DNA from: Amoebophrya sp. A120
Taxonomy: Eukaryota; Protista; Dinoflagellata
NCBI GenBank assembly: GCA_905178155.1
Contig: CAJINV010000010.1
Span: 2,472,466-2,536,465, forward strand
Reading direction: 5' to 3'
DNA: 64,000 bases
A program made the position numbers and the translations under genes. This document shows positions 1 through 11,771 of this stretch, one piece after another. The notes under the pieces are model-generated. The model did no database searches. It was not told the DNA's origin and saw only the letters and a program-made list of their open reading frames with translations. Position 1 is the stretch's first letter. Each line of letters begins with the position of its first letter.

Positions 1-217
1 AGAAGTCTAGCGAGCCTGTGAGTCTAGGCTGAGGCTGGTCGGTCGGTATTTTATACAGACCCCAGCCCTTCGGCCATTGGTAGCCAGGACCTGAGAACGT
101 TCCCCCAATTAAGAGACGGCAAGCCAATTCGCTTGTGAGATTCTATTTCCGTCTGTATTTCTATTATTCTCAGGTCCCAGGGAGTTACGCCCCTGCCATG
201 GTAGTAAAGAGTATTCT

Positions 218-700
218 TGTCTGGTGAGACGGGGTTGAAATTAAACCCCGGCCAGACATTATTTTCCGCTCCGGTGACCCGTTTCGGTCACTGATTAGGG
301 GCTTTATTTCATCTGGTGAGACAGGGTTGAGATTAAACCCTGGCCAGATAGTTTATTGGTTTTGTCCGGTGAGACGGGGTTGAAATTAAACCCCGGCTGG
401 ACGTGTTATTGCGAGCCCTGACCCGTTTCGGTCAGCGATTCTGGCTTCGCTTTGTCTGGTGAGACGGGGTGGGAATTATACCCCGGCCAGACTTATTATC
501 TTCCGCCCCGGTGACCCGTTTCGGTCACTGATTCCGGGCTTTATTTTATCTGGTGAGACAGGGTTGAGATTAAACCCGGGCCAGATGTTTTATTGAGATT
601 GTCCGGTGAGACGGGGTTGAAATTAAACCCCGGCTGGGCGTGTTATTGCGAGCCCTGATCCATTTCGGTCAGAGATTCTGGCGGCGCTTTGTCTGGTGAT
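218..700 (+). repeat. Tandem array (~236-bp period, 2 copies plus a stub) of covarying stem-loops
   Basis: Six large hairpins of the form (G/A)TC(T/C)GG-TGAGA-C(G/A)GGGT(T/G)-loop-ACCC(C/T)G-G-C(C/T)(A/G)GA start at ~219, 311, 364, 454, 548 and 601. Four small TGACC-CGTTTC-GGTCA hairpins lie between them. Copy offsets are 235-237 bp. Confidence 0.85.
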
Positions 701-2816
701 GTCTAGGGTTCCTGGTCACGGTCTTTGACCTGGTTCTGGGCGAGCTGTCTCTCTTTACATTTGGTTTCATCTCGCGGTCAATCTCAATGGCCTTGGTTGT
801 TTTTATCCTGACCTTTCTCGGCTGTTTGGCACTGGCGGTAAACGGGCTCCGAGCCCAATCCGTTACCCTTGCAGAGGGGGAGACTGGGATAAGAAAAGCC
901 GGGGGCTTGGTGTATTCAGTTGGGTTTATTGAGCTCCCACAGGGCTTTTTGTATCTGGCCTTTGCCAATTTTACGTTGCGAGAAAGGTCACGGATAAATC
1001 GACCAAGGTCGGCGCTATTTGGTGTCTTTGGCGCCATTGATTGCGCGCTGTTTTGAGGCTGCTACGGGTTTCGATTATATCGCCTGCCTTGCAGGCTGAG
1101 GAAGACTTCCGGTCCCGCATTACGTTGCCCACTGTGTTTTTTGCCTGGGACTTATAAATATTGCTTTCCCGCCTTCCAGGGCTCCGCGGCCTTTTCGATG
1201 GGGCGTGTTGTCCCCCAAATTCATCGCTGGGCCGCTTCGCTCCCTGCGGGTTCTTTGGGGTTGCTTCGGCGCGTGGCTCCTTCGGCGGTGGCGGGGTGCC
1301 CCATCGCGGGCGCTCATGCCCTTCCGGTGAAGACGGCTTCCCACTGGAAGCCTACGATCATCCAAAGGATGATCTATCTCTGGCTGATTCTGTATAAAAT
1401 GAAGCGGCGAGGGACGAGCCCGCAGTTTTATTCTGCCGGCCAGCGTGGAGATAGGCCCAAACGGGCCACCTTGATAGGGTTGCCAGGCATGCGCCTGGCC
1501 GTCGTTCTGTTGGTTCTGCCCTTGCTGGGCTTTGTGCTATTCCTGGGGGTGGCTGCAAGTGCAGCCACACCTTCAGAAAAGGGCAGCAGGGAGATTTACC
1601 GTCGCAGCACCGTTGCTGCGGGTTTTTCTCTCCCACCCCTCCCACCCTGTGTAGTTTGTCTTTCGGCAGAGTGTCTCTCCTCTGCTGTGGCGAGTCTTGG
1701 TTGCTCCTTTCAGCAGTGGCTTTTCGGGACGATGTTTTTCCGGCCATTTAGAGCATGTTGCTTTATGTGGCACCTTGCCAGCAGCTTGTGCTGCAGGTCA
1801 TTTCGAGTTTGCAGGCTGTCGCAGTGGTTTCCATCTCTGGCTTTATCACCTGGTAGCCTTGTGCGGGTCGCAGGTTGTTGTGCCTAGTCTCGTGCTTTTT
1901 GTCACAAGCGCACCGTAGTCGCCTTGCCGTGGCTGTCCATTCTAGGCCTCACCTGCTGAGGAAATCAGTTTTTTGCCAATATGCGCACCAGTTCAGCTTG
2001 CGGGCGACATTTGGTTTTGTGCCATCCGCCCCTGTGGGGTGGCGACGCTTTACGCCATCCCCCGTCCGGTTTGGGGGCGCAGTGAAGTGCCCGCTTTTCA
2101 GTTTAGATGTCTGCATTTTATCGCCACTGCGAGGTGTGGCGCCATGCAATGTCAGGAGCCTTTCTTGGGCGATGAGATGCCACGGGGCACAGTGATTGCG
2201 CCATTCGTCGCTGTAGTCGCGCCCATTAGCAGGCGCGCCTCCTTGCCGGGGTTTCACTTTTCTTGCGGGGAAACGCCTCGGGTTCGTCTTGAGCTACGTA
2301 CCGGCTTGCGTTGGTTGGTGGAATGAGCACGCCGTAAGCGTGCCGGGAGCAGTGCTTGCGCTGTTCTCCCGCGGCACGCGCTTTTGCAGCTTCGGGGTGC
2401 GGTTCGTCGCTTGGTCGACCTGCGATTGAGGCTTGTTGGGGGTTCCTTTGCGATGGTGTTTCTGTGTTTATGGTGCCAACCCCCCCTCGTGCGGCTTTTG
2501 GTGCCGCTTTTCGGGTTCTCGCGCTTCAGTCGAGGGTCGACTGCGCTTCGCCCCGCTCTCCGGGCGCTGCTTCTTATCGGGAGCAGACGGTGTGCCATTC
2601 TACTAGCCTGGTCGGGCATAATAAAACTCGCGCGGGAGCGGGCCCGGGGCGCCAAATCTTGCACAGGAGCAGGCGAGGGGTTGCCACGCTTCACAAGTGA
2701 GCGCATTTTTGTCCTTCGCTGGCCCTGTGGATTGCAATTATGTGCCTACCTGGCCTCATCAATCCCAATTACTGGCCCCACATGCCTGAGAAATTACAAT
2801 CGCGCGCGCCCTCAGC

Positions 2817-3520
2817 CCCATGGATTGCAATCCTGTGCGCAGCGGGCCCCGTGGATCGCAATCTTGCGCGCGGTGGCCCTGTGGATCACAATCCTGCGCG
2901 CGATGCGCCCTGTGGGTCGCGATCTTGCACGCTGCAGACCCCGTGGATCGCGATCCTGCGCGCCGCGTGTCCCGTGGATCGCGATCCTGTGCGCGTCGAG
3001 CCCCGCGGTCGCCGGTCCGTGCTCCGGGTCGCCTGTCCGCACCCGGGGTCGCCGGTCCGCGCCCGCGGTTGCCGGTCCGATCCCGCGGCCGGCGGCCCGC
3101 GCGGGAGGGGCCTAAAGGCGCCGAATCTCGCGCGGGAGGGGCCCAGGGGCGTCAAATCCCGCGCGAGAGCGGCCACCATCTGTCGAAGCTTGGGCTCAAG
3201 CGCGTCAAATCTCGCACCGGGGCGGCCCGGAGGCGTCAAATTTTGCGCACGGGCGGCCCCGGGATGTGAATTCTTGCGCGGGGGCTTCATAGGGGTATCA
3301 GACGTTGCGCGGGGGCCGCCTGGGGGCGTCAATCCTCGCGCGGCCGCGGCCCGGGGGCGCCGCAAGAGCGGCCGGAGGGCGTCAAGCCGCACGCGAGGAC
3401 GGCCGGGGGCGGGGCGTCAAACCCCGCGCGGGGGCGCGCCAAACCTCGCGCAAGGACGGCCGGGGGGAGGCGCCAGACCTCGCGCGGGGATAGCAGGGGG
3501 ACGCTAAATCTTGCGCGGGG
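2817..3520. repeat. GC-rich degenerate minisatellites (~30-31 bp units)
   Basis: CCGTGGATCGCGATCCTGCGCG-like units repeat over ~2817-3000, CCGCGGTCGCCGGTCCG units over ~3001-3090, and GGCGTCAAATCTCGCGCGGG-like units over ~3115-3520. Overlapping ORFs are artefacts of the repeat. Confidence 0.8.
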
Positions 3521-4101
3521 ACGTCTCCTTCGCCAGGGCGGCGGCCCGGGGGCGTCTCCTTCGCCAGGATTACTAACGGAGCAAGGGTAGAAGTAGAGCG
3601 CCCCTCGCCCTTCACCCGAGAAACCTGAGCGATCGTGGTCTCAAGTCATTTCAAGCCGGCCGACCGGATCCGCGAAATGACGGCCTGCGCTCTTATTTGT
3701 GCACTAGAATTAGATAAAAGAAAGCCGCCCGGCTCGCGTTGGGCAATCGCCTCGCAAGAAGTGCCTGCGATTTGTTTCGATCCGCACCACCAAGGAACGC
3801 TACGGGCCGCGGTTCCTCAGATAGTCGAGAGGCCCTCTCGGTTCGTTCGTGTCCTCGCAATAGTCTCCAAGAAGAAGAACAGTTTCAGAGTGCATTCGCG
3901 ATAAGAATATTAGTGGAGATGTTTCGGAGCTGGTCTGGAGTGAGTGAGCTTCTTGATGGAGTCCCCCTTGGCAATCGAAGTTGAGTGCAAAACGTCTTTC
4001 GCACGTGGCAACCCTTCACGCAGTCGCTTTCAGACCGTAGTAGGAACTTTTTTTTTCTCGTTGCAAGAGCACTGTTATACTGATCCCCCGCAGCCCACAC
4101 C

Positions 4102-7100
4102 ATGATCGCTTTCCGCGCGGACCCGCTGGAGCTTCTCTTCGGGAACGAGAACAGAAATCACACCGCCGCTTCGAAGCGTAGTGAGAGTTTATTTGGGAAC
4201 AACCGCGGCGGCGCTCCTTCCGATCAGGCGTTCTTTCGCCGGGCGCGGAGCAAGAGAAGCAGCGCAATCGGACAACGATCGCACCACGCGCAGCAAGGAC
4301 CACTTACGGATGAGGAAAGCTGCTTGTCTGTCGAAGCCACCACCAATGCCGGGCCGACGGGATCCGACAAGCCACGAACGCGAATTTTTTCCAAGAGAAA
4401 TCGCGAGTCGGTTGTCTATGTACTCGGGGACGCGGAACAAGAAGGAGAGGACAGCGCGGGCTACTTCGCTGCGGAAGACGGCGGTGAGAACGGAGTAGAA
4501 TTCCGGATCAACAAGAACCGAGCATCCTCAAGCAGCAATTCCACCAGTTACCAATCTTCTGAGTCTCCGCGCACAGACATCCAGGTCCCCTCGGTACTAT
4601 CTTCGGAAGACGATCGTCTGTGGAGTTTGGGCAACGGTTTCTCCGTGGTGAATGGCAACTCCGCGTTTTATTTTCCGACCAGCGGTAGCGTTCGCGGGCC
4701 GCGGCGCCGCCAAACTCCCGTTCGCGGATTCCTTCGCGCGCCGGAGCGTGTACTACTAGTTGAATCTTCCTCCTCCGACCGTGGAGACGGGAAAATGCAG
4801 ATCTTCTCTGACAAAAGCCAAACGGATATGGTCTCCTCCGGCTCGGCAAAGGAAGCTGAGCAGAGATCAGCCCCGGTTTCGGTGTTGCCAAGATCCGCAC
4901 AAGGCATCGTCGAGGGATCATGCGACGTGGACCTACTTTCATCTGCGCATCAAGAAAGCCTCAGCGAGCTCCGAGTGCCGGGGGCCGTTGCGGAACGTGG
5001 TCAGAGCACTAGCGGGTTCTTGGGAAACGACGAAAAAGCCGACAAAAGGCAACAACCCAAGTCGCGATCCTCCACGACAAGCACGACGGCGAGCGAGCAA
5101 GATGTAGACCGCAGCGTGGAAAATTTGCGAGGAGACGGGCCGCGGTTTGGTGCCACGTCAGGTATTATTAGCCCAGAGGTCGTCGTTCCAGGGGATTTCA
5201 AAACTACGGCAGGACCGACGACGACCTGTGCGTCCTGCCCGGACGAGGTGGACCTCCTTCCCGACCCGCTGTGGTTTCATATTTTTCTCTATCTCCCGGC
5301 GTCCGACTGGGTTTCGCTGTCGGCAACGAACGGCTTTTTTTACCAACTCGCGGTGACGGCGCAGGACCTGCTGGCGGCCCGGATCTCCCCGCTGCAGTTG
5401 GTGCCGAGTAGGAACAATATGGGACGAGCTGGAGGACCTGCGCCGGGTGAGCAGCATCCCTGGAGGGGTTGTGCAGCTGTGGAAGTAGATGCAAGCCTTG
5501 ATGTTAATACGAGGACACCAGGCAAGAGTACTAACTTCGCACCGGAACAACTAAGTTTATACTCTTTGCAGCGACTGGCGCGGCTGGAAGAGTGCTACGT
5601 CTTCGACGTTTTCGACCAGGTCGGGGAACCCGACTCGCAGAGGAAAGTATCCGTGGACTTCCGTGGCGACGAGGCCATTCAAGGTGTGAAGGACTTGGTG
5701 GTAAAGCACGTCCAGCACTACACTAGCAGCAGCAGCGGCCGAGGACAGGATGCTGAAACACCAGCGTCGGAGGTCGCGGACGGGAAGATCGGCTCCGGGC
5801 TTTTTGCGGGCGCGGAAGGAGGTGCGCAGTTCTGCATCCAGAGATGGAACCAGTTTCGTGCCTGGTGCCAGACGGTCGAGTGGATCGACCGGCACGCGCT
5901 GCTGGGGAACACGGCGGCGAGCGCGGCCGGGAGAGGGATTGAGAGGCTCGTCGATAAAGTAGAGAACGAACAAACGCGGGGGCCCACAGAGGAGAAGCTG
6001 TCGGGGTGTGCGACGAAAATGACGTTCTTGCCGGCGTCGTCTTCCTCGTCTTCAACTGCATGCCTGCGTTCAGCCACCTCGAGACGTTCTGGTACTGTAA
6101 GCCCTACTTCCGCGGTCGGAGAAAGCCACGAGGGAACGAAGCACAGTCATCTCTCGTCTTCGGGACAAGAAAAAGCGTTTGTTTCACCGCAACATAAACA
6201 GAGACGCACCACCCGAGAAATGACTGCAGCTACCACAACTACCGAGGACGAAATTTTCCCGCTGCACCTCCCGCCCCAGCCGCGCACTTCGTTCCTCCGG
6301 CTGCCCCTCACCCCGCGGTGCGAGTACTTCCGCCGAGTCGGACTTCCGGCCGGGGTCCTTCCGGGGCGGATCAGCGTGCGGTTCCGGCTGCAGAATTTGT
6401 TCGCGGAGGAGCGGGAGGACGGCGACCGCGGGCTCCTTCCGGCCGAAGACCACCAGCGCGGGTTGTTCACCTGCGTGTGGCGGAGCGGGGGCGCGACGGA
6501 AGTCGGCAAACTGGAGTTCCGCAACAAGCATCGTCAAGTCTTCGCGAGCATCGGGCTCCGCCGCCCGTGGCTGAAGCGGTTCGCCAAACCACGGGGAAAG
6601 GGCAGTATCTGGGGACGAAAAGCCTTTGCTTTACCGCGACTGCCCTCGATGCCGTTTCGTACGATATTAACCCGGTGCAGTAATTCTTGTGCAACGGAGA
6701 TGAAGAACCCCAACAATAAAGCAGCAACTGGTGCGGCCAGTACTATCGAAGCAGCGGCCGGGAATGGTGGAAGTAAGAATGACTCTTCCTCCGAGGGACG
6801 AGAACAACAAGAACCGGGTTATCATGATGAAGAAGCTGCTGGTACTGGTGCGCCGTCCTCGTGCGCAGACACGGATTCGTCCACCAGCGACGAGGAGCCA
6901 GACGTGACGGCGACGAAGCAGGCGTTTTTTCTGGACGTCAAGCAGTACGCGAACTTCCACTGCCGGGTGCCCGACGTGCGAAACCCCGCCGGCCCCTGGC
7001 AGGACCACTTCACAAATGACCTGCTGCTGGAGGGAACGGCCCAGCTGGAAATCACGGAGGCAGAGGAAAAGGATTGGATCGATGTGGATTTTATAAGATA

Positions 7101-7443
7101 CGATGATTTTTACGGTGCTCCGTATTTTTCGGAAGATGATGATGATGCGCGTGGTTCTTATCATCCGACGTGTACAACTACTTCTACTTCCGCACGTGGT
7201 AGTTTGTCCAAGCCCGCGTTGCAGATCTGGTGCAATAAGATGCTGGTCGCTGGCGTCTCGACGAAAGAGGCGTTCAAAAAGGTGGAGAAGCGGTTGAAGA
7301 GCCGCGTCCACCACCGCTTGGAGACCGACCTAGAAACGGTGGAGTTGCGAGGCGGCGCCGCTCCAGACCCGCAGGGACAGCAAGCGAGCCGGGCGTGCAG
7401 CGTGAATTTTGACTTGCAACACATTTTGTATGCGAGAAAGTAG
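4102..7443 (+). CDS. F-box domain-containing protein (1113 aa, single exon)
   Basis: Uninterrupted 3.3-kb ORF. LLPDPLWFHIFLYLPASDWVSLSATNGFFYQLA (~5254-5352) matches the F-box pattern LP.E....IF.YL....L..LS..C..F..L. The rest is largely Ser/Thr-rich low complexity. Confidence 0.75.
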   Translation: MIAFRADPLELLFGNENRNHTAASKRSESLFGNNRGGAPSDQAFFRRARSKRSSAIGQRSHHAQQGPLTDEESCLSVEATTNAGPTGSDKPRTRIFSKRNRESVVYVLGDAEQEGEDSAGYFAAEDGGENGVEFRINKNRASSSSNSTSYQSSESPRTDIQVPSVLSSEDDRLWSLGNGFSVVNGNSAFYFPTSGSVRGPRRRQTPVRGFLRAPERVLLVESSSSDRGDGKMQIFSDKSQTDMVSSGSAKEAEQRSAPVSVLPRSAQGIVEGSCDVDLLSSAHQESLSELRVPGAVAERGQSTSGFLGNDEKADKRQQPKSRSSTTSTTASEQDVDRSVENLRGDGPRFGATSGIISPEVVVPGDFKTTAGPTTTCASCPDEVDLLPDPLWFHIFLYLPASDWVSLSATNGFFYQLAVTAQDLLAARISPLQLVPSRNNMGRAGGPAPGEQHPWRGCAAVEVDASLDVNTRTPGKSTNFAPEQLSLYSLQRLARLEECYVFDVFDQVGEPDSQRKVSVDFRGDEAIQGVKDLVVKHVQHYTSSSSGRGQDAETPASEVADGKIGSGLFAGAEGGAQFCIQRWNQFRAWCQTVEWIDRHALLGNTAASAAGRGIERLVDKVENEQTRGPTEEKLSGCATKMTFLPASSSSSSTACLRSATSRRSGTVSPTSAVGESHEGTKHSHLSSSGQEKAFVSPQHKQRRTTREMTAATTTTEDEIFPLHLPPQPRTSFLRLPLTPRCEYFRRVGLPAGVLPGRISVRFRLQNLFAEEREDGDRGLLPAEDHQRGLFTCVWRSGGATEVGKLEFRNKHRQVFASIGLRRPWLKRFAKPRGKGSIWGRKAFALPRLPSMPFRTILTRCSNSCATEMKNPNNKAATGAASTIEAAAGNGGSKNDSSSEGREQQEPGYHDEEAAGTGAPSSCADTDSSTSDEEPDVTATKQAFFLDVKQYANFHCRVPDVRNPAGPWQDHFTNDLLLEGTAQLEITEAEEKDWIDVDFIRYDDFYGAPYFSEDDDDARGSYHPTCTTTSTSARGSLSKPALQIWCNKMLVAGVSTKEAFKKVEKRLKSRVHHRLETDLETVELRGGAAPDPQGQQASRACSVNFDLQHILYARK

Positions 7444-8439
7444 CTGCAGAGTAGCGAAAAACTTTTAGACGTTGTTTTACTAATGTAGACCAACCAAAAT
7501 GAATAATATTGTCTTACAACTACCCGGTTGTGAAGATATTTTCGGTTTCGCTGTCTGTTTCTCAGTCATTCTCCTGGAGCTTCAAATTTCATGGAAGAGC
7601 CTTGATATTGAAAGACCTTGTCGGATTTCTCCTGTTTATTCTAGAGTCAATAGCAGATTTGCCTCGCCTCTTTTCCTTGTGGCGAACCATTCCAAGAAAA
7701 CAGAACCTAGTTACTCACAACACTTCTCTGCGTGTAGTTCGCAGAACTTGAGCTTCGTTTTGTGTATACTTCTCCTACGTGACGTTGCAACCTTCGTCAA
7801 AAATCACAGAGCTTTTGCTTTAGAGGTTTGGTTTTGTTTATTTCAGGCGACGAAAAATAAATGTAGCAAAGGCAAATCAATGGAACTGATGTTTAAATTT
7901 TCTTCGTCGAATCCCCAAGAAGCTGAAGGTGATCAGGGTGCAAGCATCGCGCGGTACCGCCACTGCAGCTGGTTTGTTCTGCAGAATGGGGACTGCTGTT
8001 TCGGTGCGGCTACAGAAAAAAATGACTGCTGCACCGTGGAGGTCTCCGGGGGTGGGGATGCTTGTAAGTAGTTAGTCGGAAACTCCAAGTAAAAGTTTTG
8101 TGTTACGCATCTGATTCGATCACTCAAGATTCCGCTCTGTTTCGTCCCTCGGTCTAAATGCAAACATAACTCATGTCACGGCAACTAGTCGTCAATCTAC
8201 TGCATTCTTTATTTTTGTTTAGAAGCCGTGCCGTATTGTGCCTTTTCATTCTAGTTTTTTTCACCTGCTGTTCCCCAAATAAAATTCGCTTCGAGCTTCG
8301 AGCAGTGCCGCTTTGAATCACAAAATACCCTTGAGCTACTCGTCATGGCCACGGGGTACTCCGAAGCTGACCTGAATTGACGAACAGCTTCCAGAGCTCC
8401 GAATCTGACCTGAATTGACGACAAAAAACAGCCGCAAAA

Positions 8440-11018
8440 ATGGCCGACGCCTTCCGTCTTTTCCTGGAGTTTTGCTGTGCGAGCTTTCCGATTGTGCTGT
8501 TCTCCGCGCCCGTAACGGTGTTTTACGAGCAGAGATATGTCACGAAGCAGCCGAAGATCGACATGCCGCCCCTCCCGATTACCGGAATGATCATGCAGTG
8601 CGGGCTGTGGCTGCCGTTCTGCATTTTGAACGAGCTCCACGAGGGGACCATTCCGAACGTGTGGGGGGTCGTCGCCGGGGTCGCGTTTCTGGTGCTGTAC
8701 AAGAAGAATTACAAGTATGAGAGTGCTGCACAACTCCCCCGCCTCTCCCTCATTTGTATAGCATGAACGGCAATACAAGCGTCAGCAAGAGTGCCGGCTT
8801 TGCATGATAGATTTGCACAGGAGTGTGCGACTGTTTGGGAAGATTCCGGAGTTTGTCATGCATAATTAATAGTGACAGGAGGGACAGTCTGGAGTTGGTG
8901 TTTTGCATTAGAAATGAGAACGAGGGGGAGCTGTGCACTGTCATAACAGGCCGGAGGTGTACGGGAAGGAACTGTACTGGCAGACCATCGGCATCTTGGC
9001 GATTATTGCGAGGAAAAATCCTTCCTCCCCGTATTGAAAAGGACGTTTTTGATGCTGGATTGGTGTACACAAATCGACTTGTATTGCTAAAAGGCCAAGG
9101 GACATTGCTGTGACCACCTGAATTGCAGGCAATTTGTCATCAAGGTGTTTCCCGCTTCCACTCGCCTCCTGTCATGCGGAAGATGCAAGGCTTTCCCACG
9201 CCAGCCAGCACTACAGTCTGTCTTTTGTTCTAGCATGGCAACGTGGTAGCAAATCATGCGACACAAATCACCGCTTTAGTATGGGGAGAGGGGATTTTTC
9301 ATTTTGATAGCGATGATCTTTTCTTTACTCGTCGTCATGCTCCTCATCGCCGTCGACATTATGGATGACGAAGCGCAACAGGACCTGTTCGCAGCCACCG
9401 TCGGCTACATTGCCTGCTGCGTCTCCTGCGTGTTTCTCGCGCACCCGGTTATCGGGATGGTGCGGACCGTGTTGACGAAGAATGTGAACGTGATGGGCTC
9501 CTTCGCCATGAACCTGGTCGCGCTGCTCGCCGTATCAAATGCAAAAATGTCTGGGTCGGGGAGACTCCGAGATTTGTCATGCAGTTTTTCCAAGCTCCCT
9601 CACGTCTGGAATGCAGGGCCTAGCGTCACAGGTTCTGCAGCTCCTTGGTCATGCGTATTCTGGATGAGAAATGCACTCTCAGCATGGCCAGAAGTGGGCA
9701 CCTTTTGCACGTTTATGCATCACAGATCTTATTTGTAGTATCCGAAACACGCATCACAAGTTCGGATCCTTCCAGACCCAGACATTTTTGCATTTGATAC
9801 GCTGGCACAGTCTGGATCCTCAACGGGGCTTTGTTCGTACCCGACGAAGTGAAGGCGGTGATCATCACCCCCAACGCGTGCGCCGTCGTGTGCAACGTCG
9901 CGGCGTTTGTTGCCCGGTGGAAGCTGCGGAACGAAAAACCACTACCCGATTTATCAATTGCAAAAATGTCAGGGTCTGGGAAAATGCAAGATTTGTCATG
10001 CTTGTCTGGCATGACTGTTAATTCTGTGATGCTTAGGCGCAAAAAGATCTTCTTGCCTGTCATGCAAAAATGGAGCCTGCCATGCGGATTACGCAACACG
10101 CAGGAGCTCAAAAACTTGTCATGCGCGGTCACCGATTGCAGTGAGCTCATTGTTCACAGACTTGCATCACAAGTTTCTAGACCCAGACATTTTTGCATTT
10201 GATACGAATCTGTGTTCGACGAAAAGATTGCCGCGAGTGACAGTTTATCAACTGTAAAAATGTCTGGGTCTGGAAGAATCCAACTTGTCATGCTGATTTT
10301 GGATTCTAAAAAAATCTGTATTGCATGAGCAGCAAAGAGAGTCCAAGTTTTGCTACACGGACGGAGCATTTGTCATGCGGTATAGGCATCAGGAAGCCCT
10401 CACAAAATCTGTGATGCTAGGGCATGCATCACAGACATCAGGAGTCATGCAAAATGTGCATGACAAGCCTGGCAATCTTCCAGACCCAGACATTTTTACA
10501 TTTGATACAGTTGGCTTTTGAAGTGTCTCTTCGGGAAGGGAAAGGAGCAGGACGAGATGGCCAGCAGCGTCGTCGTGCCAACGGGGGAAGGAAGTACTAG
10601 GACAAGCGGAGGAAATAAAGTCGACGCGGGAATAGATTGTACAGCAACGGCTGTCGATCTGGAAGAAGTGGCGGAACAAGGAGGTGGTAATTCTTCAGCG
10701 TTGGGTGGAACGACTGCTCTCACGACAGCCAAGGAGGACAAGTCTTCTTCTGCGACCTTGTCAACGACGGCGGAGTATGAATTGCAAAGGTATCGCACTA
10801 ATAGAATTCTTGCAATACAAATTAGCTCAGCATGACAAATAGATTTTGTGATGCGGATTCAGCTCAAGAAAGAGATTTGTAATGCATCTAATGGAGCTCA
10901 AGAACGAACCAATTACTAGTACTACGAGTGCGATACTTTTGCAATTCATACGGAGCTCTACCAGCTATCCGCACCGGAGGAAGAATTGCAGGGAGGGGGC
11001 GACGAGGAGGCTTTGTAG
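8440..11018 (+). CDS. SWEET: SWEET/MtN3-family sugar transporter, 6 exons
   Basis: Two MtN3-like repeats: VLFSAPVTVF..TK....MPPLP....MQCGLW....IPNVWG and VFLAHPVIGMVRTVLTKNV..M....GTVWILNG....IITPNACA. Removing introners 8716-8945, 9004-9309, 9533-9799, 9952-10204, 10246-10507 and 10776-10950 (each plus one 5-bp TSD) gives one frame ending at TAG 11016-11018. That is six elements, so seven coding segments if all are introns. Confidence 0.85.
8716..8945. mobile_element. Introner family B (representative; ~210-250 bp)
   Basis: TIR TATGAGAGTGC(TGC)ACAACTCCCCC. Other copies: 36713-36961, 49235-49480, 58183-58390. Confidence 0.88.
9004..9309. mobile_element. Introner family C (representative; ~300-335 bp, ~13 copies)
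   Basis: TIR TATNNNNNGGAAAAATCCCCCCTCCCCATAT. Other starts: 23941, 27572, 29418, 37077, 38831, 43619, 45016, 45396, 47843, 50618, 52208, 53993. Confidence 0.9.
9533..9799. mobile_element. Introner family A (representative; ~250-295 bp, ~31 copies)
   Basis: TIR TATCAAATGCAAAAATGTCTGGGTCTGGAA. Other starts: 9952, 10246, 12744, 13645, 17286, 17907, 23122, 23410, 28685, 30394, 30749, 31237, 31679, 35727, 37848, 39248, 40272, 41265, 44018, 46831, 47143, 48846, 50996, 51452, 52617, 54360, 55603, 56692, 58529, 60619. Confidence 0.92.
10776..10950. mobile_element. Introner family D (representative; ~145-175 bp, 8 copies)
   Basis: TIR TATNNNNTGCAAAAGTATCG(T/C)ACTCGTA. Other starts: 19156, 31054, 40086, 44598, 46519, 51965, 63524. 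Confidence 0.9.
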
Positions 11019-11771
11019 GTGCTGCGGATTTGCAACTACAACTAGTACCTAGGGGAATCGACCAAAATAATTTTCATTGGAGAGCTGGAACTGGGTTGAA
11101 ATCCATTATTTTCCAACTAACTTGCTGGTGGATCTTGTGGTGTGCACTGCTCGCACTTGTGCACTGTTCGCACCGCAGTTCATCAATACGAACGTACATA
11201 AAGCTTTGTTTCGATTATTCTTGTACAGACATTTGAATGAATATCACAACATAGACCGCTACTAACTTTATCATTTTTTATTTTCGCTCGCAGGGAGAGG
11301 CTGGGAATGCAGCACCACCGGCCGACGGGCGCGGCATATGTAATTTTCATCTGCTACATACTTTTTTGGTCAACATCATCTCCACAGAAACATTTTCCGC
11401 GCACAGAAAGCGCCGGCTTAGACCTCGATAGAACTTGTACAGAAAGGTTTGGAATTATTGAAAACCAAAAACATAAAAAAGCGTAGTTCCCCTTTTTGAT
11501 GGATAATGGGACTACTTTTTCGTCGAGCTTTGTTCCCTCACTGCCCTGCAGCAGAAGGCATATTATTCGGACACCACAAGACGAGAGCGAGTTAAGACAA
11601 TTCTACGCCTAGTGCTAGGTACTTACCAATACAGGCACAGAGAAGTCAAAACATCAAGCCTGGCCGAAACCAAAATCAAAGAAGATGCGGTAAAATCCCA
11701 AGTCACTTACTTCCGCGCGCGGCGCGCCTTGGCGCTGCTGGGTTGTCTTTGCCTCTGCCGAGTTTGTCAGA

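Noticed and set aside
218-700. Hammerhead ribozyme or CRISPR array
   Set aside because: The core reads CUGGUGA rather than CUGAUGA and lacks the correct GAAA/stem topology. The inter-hairpin sequences are themselves repeated, and no cas genes are visible.
669-3984. ORFs of 100-255 aa in the first 4 kb
   Set aside because: They have no recognisable motifs, and the longest overlap GC-rich minisatellites that lack stops.
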